Shown here: positions 15,875 to 25,002 of the stretch, piece after piece
Layout: every line of letters begins with the position of its first letter
Numbering within the stretch: the stretch's first letter is position 1
Virus record (IMG/VR): IMGVR_UViG_3300029825_000766
Coordinates: 1 to 27,097 of that record
Origin: a virus
Taxonomy: Duplodnaviria > Caudoviricetes
Length of the DNA: 27,097 nucleotides
Direction: 5' to 3' (one strand)
The notes under the pieces: model-generated
The model's input: the letters and a program-made list of their open reading frames with translations, nothing else
What the model was told of the DNA's origin: nothing
The model's database searches: none
Position numbers and translations under genes: made by a program

Positions 15875-16255
15875 ATGTTAAAGTCATGTAAGTATTGTGG
15901 AAGGATACATGACAGCAAATTTAACTGCGGAAAGAAGCCTAAAAGAAAGAAGGAACCAACTGATATTAATAAATTTAGATGGTCCAGAAGATGGAGAGAG
16001 AAAAGAAACCACATAGTTGAAAGAGATAGTTATTTATGCCAGCTATCAATCAGAGAAAAACCACCAAGATATATTTACACAGATTTAGAAGTGCATCACA
16101 TAGTACCAATTGAAGAGGATTGGGACTTAAGGTTAGAGGACAGTAATCTTATTACACTGTCTGCAGAGTATCATGAGAAAGCAGAGAGAGGGGAAATAAG
16201 CAGGGAACATTTACAAAGCATCCTAGAGGGGATGTATGGATATCCCCCCAGGTAA
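15875..16255 (+). CDS. HNH endonuclease (terminase-associated, HK97 gp74-like)
   Basis: N-terminal CKYCG..H....C; RDSYLCQ, LEVHHIVP, NLITL...H; position before terS. Confidence 0.9.
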   Translation: MLKSCKYCGRIHDSKFNCGKKPKRKKEPTDINKFRWSRRWREKRNHIVERDSYLCQLSIREKPPRYIYTDLEVHHIVPIEEDWDLRLEDSNLITLSAEYHEKAERGEISREHLQSILEGMYGYPPR

Positions 16256-16318
16256 GGTGTTATGAGAAATAAAAACCCATGAATACCACGTGTCCACCTC
16301 TTTAGATAAAATATTCCC
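16244..16318 (+). other. Candidate cos region
   Basis: C6 run at the HNH end, then GC-richer ACCACGTGTCCACC (16285-16298) between HNH and terS, the usual cos position in HNH-terS-terL phages. Confidence 0.45.
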
Positions 16319-16367
16319 ACATCAGCTTTTGAAAAAAGAAAACTATTTACGAGAGGAGGTCTTGACT

Positions 16368-16910
16368 ATGCCAACACCATCAAAACCATTTACAGTTTTA
16401 AAAGCGGAAGGAAAATCGCATAGAACTAAAGCAGAATTAAAACAGAGGGAACGAGGAGAGGAAGCACTTGCTACAGGTGTGACATTGAAAGAACGCTCCG
16501 AGGTTAAAGATAATCCAGTAGCACATAAAGAGTTTTTGAGGATCAATAAGTTACTTAAAAACATAGAAAAAAATGATGCAATCTATGAATCTGTAATTAA
16601 TAGATACTGTATGCTACAAGCTGAATGTAAGGACTTTGAAGAAAAACGAGAATCCTTTTATAGAGATATTCAAGAGCTTGCGGAAGATAAGGACAAGCTA
16701 ATAAACGAAATTTCATTAAGCACATATTACCGAATGAAAAATAATATGCAGAAGCAAATTATTGCATTAGATAAACAAGTACAAGCAAAACGTAAAATGC
16801 TTTTAGATATAGAGAAAGAAAACGTAATGACCATTGCTGCAGCACTAAGAAGCATACCTAAAGAAGCGAAAACGGAAGAAAACCCACTTCTAAAGGTGTT
16901 GAGGGACTAA
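16368..16910 (+). CDS. terS: Terminase small subunit
   Basis: ATG after AGGAGGT; MPTPSKP...GKSHRTKAEL..R, INRYC, NPLLK; stop overlaps the terL start. Confidence 0.85.
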   Translation: MPTPSKPFTVLKAEGKSHRTKAELKQRERGEEALATGVTLKERSEVKDNPVAHKEFLRINKLLKNIEKNDAIYESVINRYCMLQAECKDFEEKRESFYRDIQELAEDKDKLINEISLSTYYRMKNNMQKQIIALDKQVQAKRKMLLDIEKENVMTIAAALRSIPKEAKTEENPLLKVLRD

Positions 16911-18625
16911 TGATAAAAGACAGTAAAGCTTACAAATATGCAGAATGGTGTATAGAAAAAGATAATAGAAAGGTTGGAAAGTACGTAAAGAAACAGGCAC
17001 AGTCTTGGATAGATATTGTAAATGGTGAAAACGGAGAAGCTTATGTGGATGAAAAGGCTTTTGATAGAATAAATAGTCTATTAAAACTAATGGTTCACCC
17101 CGATTTACTCTGTTCCATGGATGAAGGAATGGAGAATTATGCTTGGCTGTTAATCATTGCTACTTTATGCACTAAGCTTAAAAATGATAAAAAAAGAGAT
17201 ATAAGATATTATACAACAGCATTGCTACTAATTAGTCGTAAGAATTTTAAGACTTTTTATGCAGCAGTTATGTTTATACTCTTAATGTTAACAGACCCAC
17301 AGTTTAGTAGATTTTTCTCTGTTGCTCCCGATTTAAAACTATCTAAAGAATTGCAATTAGCGTTAAAAAAGATTATAAAAGTATCTCCGGCTCTAGCATA
17401 TGATGGAGTTTTCAAGATTCTAAGAAGTGAAATAAGGTGTTTAATAACCGATAGTGAATATACTCCATTAGCTTATTCAGAGGACAAGATGGATGGTAAG
17501 CTTGCTAATGCTTTTCTTGCAGATGAAGCTGGGGCAATGGACAGCTATCCAATAGAAGCAATGAGGTCATCACAGATAACTCTATTTAATAAACTAGGGA
17601 TAATACTTAGCACTCAATATCCTAATGACAATAATGGAATGATAGATGAAATAGATATTTCTAAAAAAGTATTAGATGGCCTAAGGGATAACAAAAGACG
17701 TTTTTCTTTGCTTTATGAGCCTGATGATGAATTTCTAGTTGATGATAAATGGATGACAGAGGATCTAGTAATCTATCAAAGCAATCCTGTGGCCGTAACT
17801 AATGAATACATCTTTGAAGCAATTAAAGAAAAGAGAGAAGATGCTATTGATTATGAGAATAAGAGAGAAAATTATCTTTGCAAACATAATAACATAAAAT
17901 ACAAAGGTCTTGGAGTAGAAGGCTATATACCTATAGATAAGGTCAGAGAATGTAAAACCAAAGAAGATAAAGAATTTTGGAAAGGCAAAAAAGTATGGTT
18001 AGGAATGGATTTATCTATAAGTGATGATAATACAGCTTTGACTATGGTAACAGAGGATAAAGGTTTTATTTATGGTAAAGTGTGGGGGTTTATTCCTGCT
18101 GATAAAAAGAAACAGAAAAGCAAGAAGGAAGGGGTCGACTATGAAAGGCTAATAAGACAAGGCTCATGCTTTGAATGTGGCGGAGAGGTAATTGATTATG
18201 GCTTTATAGAAGCCTTTATTATTGGGAATGAACAATACAAATTGAAAGGTATAGAGGAGGAATATGGAGTAGAAATACAACAAATAGGATACGACAGATA
18301 TAACGCTATAAGTACAGTGCAAAAACTTGAAGCTGCAGGATATGAGTGTGTGGAAATAAAACAACATTCTAGCGTACTTCATATGCCTACAAAGTTACTG
18401 AAAGAATTGGTCTTGAACAAGAAGTTCAGATATGAAGAGAATCTTATGCTAGAAATAAACTTCCAAAACTCTAGGTGTACAGAAGATACAAACTTAAACA
18501 AATATGTAAATAAGAAAAAGTCTGCTGGAAAGGTAGATATGGTCGTAAGTCTAATAAATTCCATATATCTATTACAGCAAGATATGCTATATGGAATGAG
18601 CGATTTTGCAGTACAAGTTGGATAG
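16910..18625 (+). CDS. terL: Terminase large subunit
   Basis: Walker A variant ISRKNFKT, Walker B FLADE, ILST coupling motif, LGMDLS..DD, GYDRYNA, KVDMVVS nuclease motifs. Confidence 0.95.
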   Translation: MIKDSKAYKYAEWCIEKDNRKVGKYVKKQAQSWIDIVNGENGEAYVDEKAFDRINSLLKLMVHPDLLCSMDEGMENYAWLLIIATLCTKLKNDKKRDIRYYTTALLLISRKNFKTFYAAVMFILLMLTDPQFSRFFSVAPDLKLSKELQLALKKIIKVSPALAYDGVFKILRSEIRCLITDSEYTPLAYSEDKMDGKLANAFLADEAGAMDSYPIEAMRSSQITLFNKLGIILSTQYPNDNNGMIDEIDISKKVLDGLRDNKRRFSLLYEPDDEFLVDDKWMTEDLVIYQSNPVAVTNEYIFEAIKEKREDAIDYENKRENYLCKHNNIKYKGLGVEGYIPIDKVRECKTKEDKEFWKGKKVWLGMDLSISDDNTALTMVTEDKGFIYGKVWGFIPADKKKQKSKKEGVDYERLIRQGSCFECGGEVIDYGFIEAFIIGNEQYKLKGIEEEYGVEIQQIGYDRYNAISTVQKLEAAGYECVEIKQHSSVLHMPTKLLKELVLNKKFRYEENLMLEINFQNSRCTEDTNLNKYVNKKKSAGKVDMVVSLINSIYLLQQDMLYGMSDFAVQVG

Positions 18626-18640
18626 GGAGGAGGAAAAAGA

Positions 18641-18802
18641 ATGACAATTGAAATAGATGGCAAACAAATAAAAGTTGAAGGGAACATAGTAGTAAATTAC
18701 ATTGATGGTTCAACTCAATTATTTGTAGCTGAAAAAATTGATTCGTTGTATATAAACAAAGACACGATTAAAAGTTTTTATATCCATAAAAAAGATAAAT
18801 AA
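18641..18802 (+). CDS. Small hypothetical protein (53 aa) between terL and portal
   Basis: GGAGGAGG RBS; MTIEIDGKQIKVEGNIVVNYIDGSTQLFVAEKIDSLYINKDTIKSFYIHKKDK. Confidence 0.7.
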   Translation: MTIEIDGKQIKVEGNIVVNYIDGSTQLFVAEKIDSLYINKDTIKSFYIHKKDK

Positions 18803-18832
18803 ATGATTTGAAGGTGGAAAGGTGGTGATATA

Positions 18833-20056
18833 TTGAGGTGGCCATGGCAGAAAGAAGAAAGAGCAGAGGAAACTGAAACAACTTCAGCCGTAGATGATGT
18901 ATTATTACGTGCGTTGCTTGGAGGAACTACAATAACCAAGAAAGAGGCCTCAAATATTCCGAGTGTAAAAAGCTGCATAAACTTTATAGCTGATACCGTA
19001 TCAATGATACCTATAAAATTGTATAGAGCCAATAACGGTAAAGCAGACGAGGTCGAAGGAGACAATAGAACAAGGCTTTTAAATGATGATACAGGAGATA
19101 CATTGGATGCAGTACAGTTTTGGAGAGCCCTTATTGCTGATTACTTCCTTGGGAAAGGCGGATATGCATATATAAGAAAATATAGGAATGAAGTTATAAG
19201 TCTTCACTATGTAGATGAAGAATATATTTCGATAAATAAGAATATAGATCCTATTTTCAAAGACTATAATATTTTAGTTCAGGGCAATAAGTATATGCCT
19301 TATGATTTTATAAAATTACTTAGAAACACTAAAGATGGAGCGCAGGGAACTAGTCTTATAGAAGAAAACGATTTAATATTTAGCGTTGCATATAACTCTT
19401 TAGTATTTGAGGAAACACTTGTCAAGAAAGGCGGTAATAAAAAAGGCTTTGTTAAATCACCTACTAAATTAAGCCAGGATGCTATAGATAAATTAAAAGA
19501 GGCTTGGAGAAAATTATACAGCAACAATAGTGACAATGTTGTAATTCTAAATAATGGATTAGACTTTCAAGAGGCTAGCAATACAAGCGTAGAAATGCAA
19601 TTAAACGAGAACAAAAAATCCAATGCAGATGGAATATGCGAATTGTTTAATGTGGCCGTGAACATTATAAAGGGGACAGCATCAAGCCAAGAATATACAA
19701 ATACTTTTAAAATGGCAGTAATGCCAGTATTAAGAGTTATAGAATGTGCTTTAAATAGAGAACTGCTTCTTGAAAAAGAAAAGAGTTCTTTTTATTTTGC
19801 CTTTGATACCAAAGAAATGTTAAAAGGTGATTTAAAAGAAAGATTTGAAGCTTACAAAGTTGGTATTGATTCTAATTTCCTTCAAATTGATGAAGTTAGA
19901 TTTATGGAGAATTTACCAGGACTAGGATTAGATTGGATTAAGTTAGGACTGGATTCTGTTTTATATGATGTAAAAACAGGAGCTATTTATACTCCTAATA
20001 CTAATCAATTAAGCAAAATGAATGATTTGAAAGGTGGTGAGAATATTGAGGATTGA
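18833..20056 (+). CDS. HK97-family portal protein
   Basis: 407 aa; VKSCINFIADTVSMIPIKLY, VVILNNGLDFQ, IECALNRELL, DEVRFMENLP; position after terL. Confidence 0.95.
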   Translation: MRWPWQKEERAEETETTSAVDDVLLRALLGGTTITKKEASNIPSVKSCINFIADTVSMIPIKLYRANNGKADEVEGDNRTRLLNDDTGDTLDAVQFWRALIADYFLGKGGYAYIRKYRNEVISLHYVDEEYISINKNIDPIFKDYNILVQGNKYMPYDFIKLLRNTKDGAQGTSLIEENDLIFSVAYNSLVFEETLVKKGGNKKGFVKSPTKLSQDAIDKLKEAWRKLYSNNSDNVVILNNGLDFQEASNTSVEMQLNENKKSNADGICELFNVAVNIIKGTASSQEYTNTFKMAVMPVLRVIECALNRELLLEKEKSSFYFAFDTKEMLKGDLKERFEAYKVGIDSNFLQIDEVRFMENLPGLGLDWIKLGLDSVLYDVKTGAIYTPNTNQLSKMNDLKGGENIED

Positions 20057-20642
20057 AATACGCAATGATTCTGTTTTACTAGATGGATATGTCAATGCGG
20101 TAGGAAGAGATAGTAAGCCTATTATAACTCCACGTGGTAAGGTAGTAGAACAAATAGAGCCAAGAGCATTTGAAAGAGCGTTAAGTAGAGCACAAAATAT
20201 TGACTTATTGCTTGACCATGATAAAAACAGAAAATTAGGGTCTACAACAGATGAAAATATACAACTGTTTGAGGACAATATTGGTCTAAGGGCGATAGCA
20301 ACTGTTACAGATGCAGAAGTAATCCAAAAGGCGAAAGAAAAGAAATTGAAAGGCTGGTCTTTCGGCCAATTTGTAAATAAAGATAGACTCGAAGAAAGAG
20401 CGGACGATATTCCAAGAAGGCATGTCGAGGATTTAGATCTATTTGAAGTATCAATCATTGATGATAGAATGTCGCCCTGCTACGTTGGAACTTCAATCGA
20501 ACAAAGAGCAGATAAAGAAATCATAACAGAACAAAGAGGGGACGAATTTCGAGCAGTAATAGAAGATTACACAACTAAGGATCCAGTTGACTATTCCGAG
20601 TTTGAAAATAGAATTAAAAAATTAAGAGGAGATGAAAGGTAA
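20046..20642 (+). CDS. HK97-family prohead protease
   Basis: LLDHD (His), GWSFG (Ser), LFEVSI; TTG at 20046 after AAGGTGGTG (track start 20034). Confidence 0.93.
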   Translation: MRIEIRNDSVLLDGYVNAVGRDSKPIITPRGKVVEQIEPRAFERALSRAQNIDLLLDHDKNRKLGSTTDENIQLFEDNIGLRAIATVTDAEVIQKAKEKKLKGWSFGQFVNKDRLEERADDIPRRHVEDLDLFEVSIIDDRMSPCYVGTSIEQRADKEIITEQRGDEFRAVIEDYTTKDPVDYSEFENRIKKLRGDER

Positions 20643-21814
20643 TGAGAAAAATAAGAATACCTGAATTTAGAGCAGATTTAAAGAGTTTAGAAGAGCAAAG
20701 AAATGATAAAGTGATTGAAATGCAGGCTTTGCTTGATAAGGCAAAGGCTGAAACAAGAGCAATGAGCGAGGAAGAAATGAAAAAATTCAATGCGCTTGAA
20801 AAGGAAATCGCTGATATAGATGCAACAATAAAGGCAGAGGAGAGGGCGAGAGATTTAAGCCTTAATGTTGTTGATGATAAGAAAAAGGAAGAACTTAGAG
20901 CAGAAGAAGCTGAAGAAAGAGCCTTTGCTAACTATATCAGGGGAATTGTTGAGAGCAGAGCGGGAGATGTAAATTTAACCGTAGGAGATAATGGGGCAGT
21001 TATTCCTTCCTCCATAGCCAATAAAATAATAAAGAAGGTATATGATATATGCCCTATATATCAGCTTGCTACACGTTACAATGTTGGCGGAACATTAAAT
21101 ATACCTTATTATGATGAAAAAACTCAAAGTATTACAATGGCTTATGCTACAGAATTTACAGAACTTGAATCCACTTCCGGTAAGTTTGGAAGTATTGAAT
21201 TAAAGGGCTTCTTAGCTGGTGTTTTAAGCAAAGTGTCGAAGTCACTTATTAACAATTCACAGTTTGATATTGTTAACTTTGTTATCGGTGCCATGGCTGA
21301 TTCCATATCAAAATGGATTGAAAAAGAGTTGCTTAATGGCACAGCTGATAAAATAGATGGACTTAAAGGGGTTACACAGTCAGTTACAACAGCAAGCGCA
21401 ACAGCTGTGACAGCAGATGAATTAATTGATTTACAAGAAGCTGTACCTGATGCATACCAAGGCCCAGCAATTTGGATTATGAACAAGGCAACAAGAACAG
21501 CAATCAGGAAGCTTAAAGATGACGATGGTAACTATATACTCAACAAGGATGCAACAGCAAAATGGGGCTATACATTATTTGGTAAAGATGTTTATACATC
21601 TGACAATATGCCAGCAATGGCAGCTGGAAAAACTGCAATTTACTACGGCGATATGTCAGGCTTAGCAGTAAAATTGTCAGAAGATATTTCAATAGAAGTA
21701 CTAAAAGAAAAATTTGCAACTCAACATGCTATTGGAGTTGTTGGATGGATAGAAATTGATTCAAAAGTCGAGAACGCACAAAAAATAGCTAAGCTTGCAA
21801 TGAAAGCTGCTTAA
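20642..21814 (+). CDS. HK97-fold major capsid protein with N-terminal delta (scaffold) domain
   Basis: Coiled-coil N-terminus, GAVIP, ELLNGT, WIMN, LKDDDGNY, YYGDMS. Confidence 0.95.
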   Translation: MRKIRIPEFRADLKSLEEQRNDKVIEMQALLDKAKAETRAMSEEEMKKFNALEKEIADIDATIKAEERARDLSLNVVDDKKKEELRAEEAEERAFANYIRGIVESRAGDVNLTVGDNGAVIPSSIANKIIKKVYDICPIYQLATRYNVGGTLNIPYYDEKTQSITMAYATEFTELESTSGKFGSIELKGFLAGVLSKVSKSLINNSQFDIVNFVIGAMADSISKWIEKELLNGTADKIDGLKGVTQSVTTASATAVTADELIDLQEAVPDAYQGPAIWIMNKATRTAIRKLKDDDGNYILNKDATAKWGYTLFGKDVYTSDNMPAMAAGKTAIYYGDMSGLAVKLSEDISIEVLKEKFATQHAIGVVGWIEIDSKVENAQKIAKLAMKAA

Positions 21815-21826
21815 TGGGGTGGTACT

Positions 21827-22006
21827 ATGAAGGTTAAAGCACTGGTGGGATTCTCAGGTGCTTTTTCTATGTACAGAGGAGAAATAAAGGAGTGTAACAA
21901 TAAAGTTATACTCCAAGACCTTCTCCAAGCTAGATATGTGGAGGAAGTGAAAGAGAAACCTAAAAAGGATGTGAAGTCCAATGAAAGTAAGCGAAATAAC
22001 AAATAA
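21827..22006 (+). CDS. Small protein downstream of capsid (59 aa)
   Basis: GGGGTGG RBS; MKVKALVGFSGAFSMYRGEIKEC...QDLLQARYVEEVKEKPKK; not in the ORF track. Confidence 0.7.
   Translation: MKVKALVGFSGAFSMYRGEIKECNNKVILQDLLQARYVEEVKEKPKKDVKSNESKRNNK
21836..21866 (+). terminator. Terminator-like hairpin after capsid, embedded in the small ORF
   Basis: AAAGCACTG-gtgggattct-CAGGTGCTTTTT (one bulged base). Confidence 0.55.
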
Positions 22007-22277
22007 AGAGTTAGCTGATTATTTAAGATTAACATATGAATATCTATCAGAGAATGAGAAACAAGAATTAGATGTTATGCTCAATGTATCTAAGAAGTTT
22101 ATTATTTCATACACAGGATTAACCCCTGAAGAAGTAGATGAACATGAGGACTTTGCTATAGTGGTTTATGTATTAGTTGAGGATATGTATGATACTAGGT
22201 CTATGTATGTAGATAAAAGCAATTTAAATAAAGTAGTAGAAACTATTCTAGGTATGCACTCTGTGAATTTATTGTAG
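21981..22277 (+). CDS. Head-tail connector (HK97 gp6-like)
   Basis: LADYLRL, FIISYTG, LVEDMYDTR; synteny. Confidence 0.85.
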   Translation: MKVSEITNKELADYLRLTYEYLSENEKQELDVMLNVSKKFIISYTGLTPEEVDEHEDFAIVVYVLVEDMYDTRSMYVDKSNLNKVVETILGMHSVNLL

Positions 22278-22289
22278 GGAGGTCTTATT

Positions 22290-22625
22290 ATGATGAAACA
22301 AATCAATCCGGGCAACTATAGACATAAAATAGACTTTCTTCAAAGGAAACTTGGCAGAGATGAATATGGAGAACCCTTTGGCGATTGGATACCTTTTAAA
22401 ACTGGGGTATGGGCAAGTAAGGATCCTTTACTTGGTAATGAATTCTTTGCAGCCTTAACCACTGATAACAAAGTAGAAGTTAAATTTAATATGAGGTATA
22501 TAGATGGTATCACAAGCGAAATGAGAATTAAGCATGGTGAGGAAATATATGAGATTATAGGCTCTCCTGTAAATGTTAAAGGGTTAAATAGAGAATTACT
22601 ATGTTATTGTAGGTTGGTGAAATAA
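22290..22625 (+). CDS. Head closure/head-tail adaptor (SPP1 gp16-like)
   Basis: NPGNYRHKI, DEYGE, VWA, MRYIDGITSEMRI, YEI, ELLCYC. Confidence 0.88.
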   Translation: MMKQINPGNYRHKIDFLQRKLGRDEYGEPFGDWIPFKTGVWASKDPLLGNEFFAALTTDNKVEVKFNMRYIDGITSEMRIKHGEEIYEIIGSPVNVKGLNRELLCYCRLVK

Positions 22626-22626
22626 G

Positions 22627-23148
22627 ATGCCATTTAATTTCAAAGTAGAAGGTATGGACAAACTTCTAAAAGATTTAGAAAAAATAGGAGATGTACCACA
22701 AAGACATGTAACAGCGGCAGTTAAGAAAGGCGTGAAACCTGTTCTTAAAGATGCCATAGCCAATGCCCCTGAAGACACAGGGGCATTGAAAAAAGGTATT
22801 ATAATGGTTGGAGAGCGTTCGTATAAGAGTCGTGGCAAAAAAGTATATAGATTAGTATTTGATAGAAGCATGAACCATATATTTCAAAAAGAATCAGCAG
22901 GAAATACTCAATTTAGGATGTACCATGGATATACTAGGTCAGAGAAAGACCCACGCTGGGAGAAAAAAATATCATACTATCCTATATCACAAGAATATGG
23001 TTTCTTTGCAAAGAATGGCAGATATATACCTGGATTTTTCTTTGGGCATGGCGCTTTGAAAAATAATACCAGGACAGTAGAAACAACAATAGTAAGTGAA
23101 ATGCAAAAGAAAATAGATGCTGAAATAGTGAAAGCGGGGTTAAAATAA
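22627..23148 (+). CDS. HK97 gp10-family neck/tail protein
   Basis: VEGMDKLLKDLEKI, APEDTGALKKGI, QEYG; synteny. Confidence 0.85.
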   Translation: MPFNFKVEGMDKLLKDLEKIGDVPQRHVTAAVKKGVKPVLKDAIANAPEDTGALKKGIIMVGERSYKSRGKKVYRLVFDRSMNHIFQKESAGNTQFRMYHGYTRSEKDPRWEKKISYYPISQEYGFFAKNGRYIPGFFFGHGALKNNTRTVETTIVSEMQKKIDAEIVKAGLK

Positions 23149-23310
23149 ATGGGTGAAAATATTGCAATTTCTAAATTTACTAGCGGAGATAATAAAAAGG
23201 AGTTTAGCTTAGAGGAAGATGTGAATAAACAATTAGAAAAAGTAAAAAAGGGGTTATGTAAAGGGGTACTTTGCACCTTTGCCTTTGATGAACTTAGGGG
23301 GTTGAAGTAG
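23149..23310 (+). CDS. Small hypothetical protein (53 aa)
   Basis: ORF exactly fills the gap between neighbours (TAA-ATG ... TAG-ATG); MGENIAISKF...FDELRGLK. Confidence 0.6.
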   Translation: MGENIAISKFTSGDNKKEFSLEEDVNKQLEKVKKGLCKGVLCTFAFDELRGLK

Positions 23311-23496
23311 ATGGACAAAGAAACTGTAAAGAAAATAATAAATGATTACATTGATTCTGTAGATGGAATACAAGATTTTTCTATAGAAAATGAAGTAGAA
23401 GAAATTGACAGGTCTATATTAGATGGTGAAAATATAGAACGAAAACCTACTGGCATAACAAACATCTATATAACTACCTTTAAGGAGCCAAAATAA
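23311..23496 (+). CDS. Small acidic hypothetical protein (61 aa)
   Basis: AGGGGG RBS; stop overlaps the next start (TAATG). Confidence 0.7.
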   Translation: MDKETVKKIINDYIDSVDGIQDFSIENEVEEIDRSILDGENIERKPTGITNIYITTFKEPK

Positions 23497-23879
23497 TGGA
23501 AGTAGCATTAAGAAACCTAATAGAAAATAACATTCCTGAACTTGAAAATGAGATATACCCCACAAACGCACCAGAAGGGCATACAAAGCCTTATTTAGTT
23601 TATACAAGGATTACTACTAAAAAGATAAAAACTCTTGAAGGATTCACAGGTCAAGAGCATTTAAGCTTTATGTTTTCTATAATGGCAACAAGGTATAAAG
23701 ATATGAAATCCTTGACTAAAAAAGTTGAGAAGTTATTAATTCCATTACCACAAACACAATTAGAAAAGTTTTTCATAGAGGATATTGACATAAATAATAT
23801 TTGTGAAGTGTATGAACATGAACTTAAAGTTAATAGAGGGATTATAGATTTTACAATTTATTTTGAGGAGGTAAAATAA
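23496..23879 (+). CDS. Tail completion/terminator protein (DUF3168-like)
   Basis: IYPTNAPEG..KPYLVY; lies directly before the tail tube gene. Confidence 0.8.
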   Translation: MEVALRNLIENNIPELENEIYPTNAPEGHTKPYLVYTRITTKKIKTLEGFTGQEHLSFMFSIMATRYKDMKSLTKKVEKLLIPLPQTQLEKFFIEDIDINNICEVYEHELKVNRGIIDFTIYFEEVK

Positions 23880-23880
23880 T

Positions 23881-24300
23881 ATGGGTAAAGTAACAAGGGC
23901 ATTAGGAACTAAGCTGTCAAAAGGTACAAAAGATATTGCGGGCTTGACTTCCATAGGCGGAATAGAGATTAAGGCGGATACTATAGATACTACTACTTTA
24001 AACAGTGATGGAGGTTACAGAGAATTTATAGGAGCATTTAAGGATGCCGGAGAAGTCCCAATAGAAGGGTTCTTTGATCCAGAAAATACAGGACAGATTG
24101 AAATGCAAAGCGCATTAGATACAGGTCTAGCCGAAGATTATAAGATTACATTTCCTACTAATCCAAAAGCTGAATGGGCATTTAAGGGAGTTGTAACCGG
24201 GTTTAAGGTAGGAGATGTTGAAGTAGATGGAACAATCAATTTTGGGGCAACTGTAAAAATTAGTGGTAAACCTGTCTTAACTGTAGGGACAGCAGGCTAG
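23881..24300 (+). CDS. Major tail (tube) protein
   Basis: DTIDTTTLNSDGGYREFIGAFKDAGE, ATVKISGKP. Confidence 0.9.
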   Translation: MGKVTRALGTKLSKGTKDIAGLTSIGGIEIKADTIDTTTLNSDGGYREFIGAFKDAGEVPIEGFFDPENTGQIEMQSALDTGLAEDYKITFPTNPKAEWAFKGVVTGFKVGDVEVDGTINFGATVKISGKPVLTVGTAG

Positions 24301-24327
24301 GATTAAATTCTTAGCCTATTATTTTTT
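24294..24327 (+). terminator. Terminator after the major tail gene
   Basis: AGGCTAGGA-ttaaat-TCTTAGCCT then ATTATTTTTT. Confidence 0.65.
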
Positions 24328-24346
24328 ATGAGGAGGGAAATAAATA

Positions 24347-24664
24347 ATGAGTTATTATCCAATAAAACTTGATAAAATACGTAACCTTAAATATGGCATG
24401 AGGGCTATTGACTTAATAGAAAAGAAGTTTGGGAAACCTATAATGAAGATAGAGGGCATTGAAAACGGAACGCTTACTATGGAAGAATATGCCACTCTCA
24501 TTTGGGCTGGACTAGCACACGAAGATAAGGAGCTTACACCAGACAAGGTAATGGATCTAATAGACGAATATTCGTCTATTACTGCAGTTACAAAAGAACT
24601 ATGGAAATCTCTAAACGAAGTATTTGCAGTTGAGGAGGAAGAAGATAAAGGAAAAAACAAATAG
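24347..24664 (+). CDS. Tail assembly chaperone (gpG-like)
   Basis: 105 aa after the tail tube gene; ends ...KGKNK at a slippery site. Confidence 0.88.
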   Translation: MSYYPIKLDKIRNLKYGMRAIDLIEKKFGKPIMKIEGIENGTLTMEEYATLIWAGLAHEDKELTPDKVMDLIDEYSSITAVTKELWKSLNEVFAVEEEEDKGKNK

Positions 24665-24720
24665 GAGATGGTGAGCGAGAGCCTTTTACTATAAAGAGCG
24701 CCAAGAAGCTTGCCATCTCC
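24652..24720 (+). promoter_or_regulatory. -1 programmed ribosomal frameshift signal
   Basis: In-frame A AAA AAC (24652-24658); 5 nt later GGAGATGGTGAGC (24664-24676) pairs with GCTTGCCATCTCC (24708-24720). Confidence 0.85.
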
Positions 24721-25002
24721 ATTGGTGTTCCCATGAGCGAATTTTGGGAGATGACACCAGACGAATTAAATTTATCAGCTAAAATCTATGCGGGGAAAAA
24801 GAAACAAAAAGATCAAAATATGATTATACAGGCATATTTAATATCTAGATGGGTATGGGCTAAAGAAGTACCAATAGAAAAAATATTAAATGAACTAGGA
24901 ACTAAGCAAGAAAATAAAATTATGACTGATGAAGAAATGCTTAACCAGGTAAAAATGCTTAATAATTTATTTGGTGGAGATGTAAAAACTTGCAATTCTT
25001 AG
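24658..25002 (+). CDS. Frameshifted C-terminal part of the tail chaperone (gpT-like)
   Basis: -1 frame is open from the slip site (QIGDGEREPFTIK...) into track ORF 24733..25002 (EFWEMTPDEL); no good RBS before ATG 24733. Confidence 0.82.
   Translation, partial: QIGDGEREPFTIKSAKKLAISIGVPMSEFWEMTPDELNLSAKIYAGKKKQKDQNMIIQAYLISRWVWAKEVPIEKILNELGTKQENKIMTDEEMLNQVKMLNNLFGGDVKTCNS

Noticed and set aside
15875-16255. HNH as a mobile homing endonuclease or intron
   Set aside because: Size and position directly before terS fit the terminase cofactor class; polymerase and terL look uninterrupted
16290-16367. N-terminal extension of TerS given in the ORF track
   Set aside because: A strong AGGAGGT RBS precedes ATG 16368, and the extension overlaps the candidate cos region
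24733-25002. Independent gene starting at ATG 24733
   Set aside because: No RBS; better explained as the -1 frameshift extension of the chaperone
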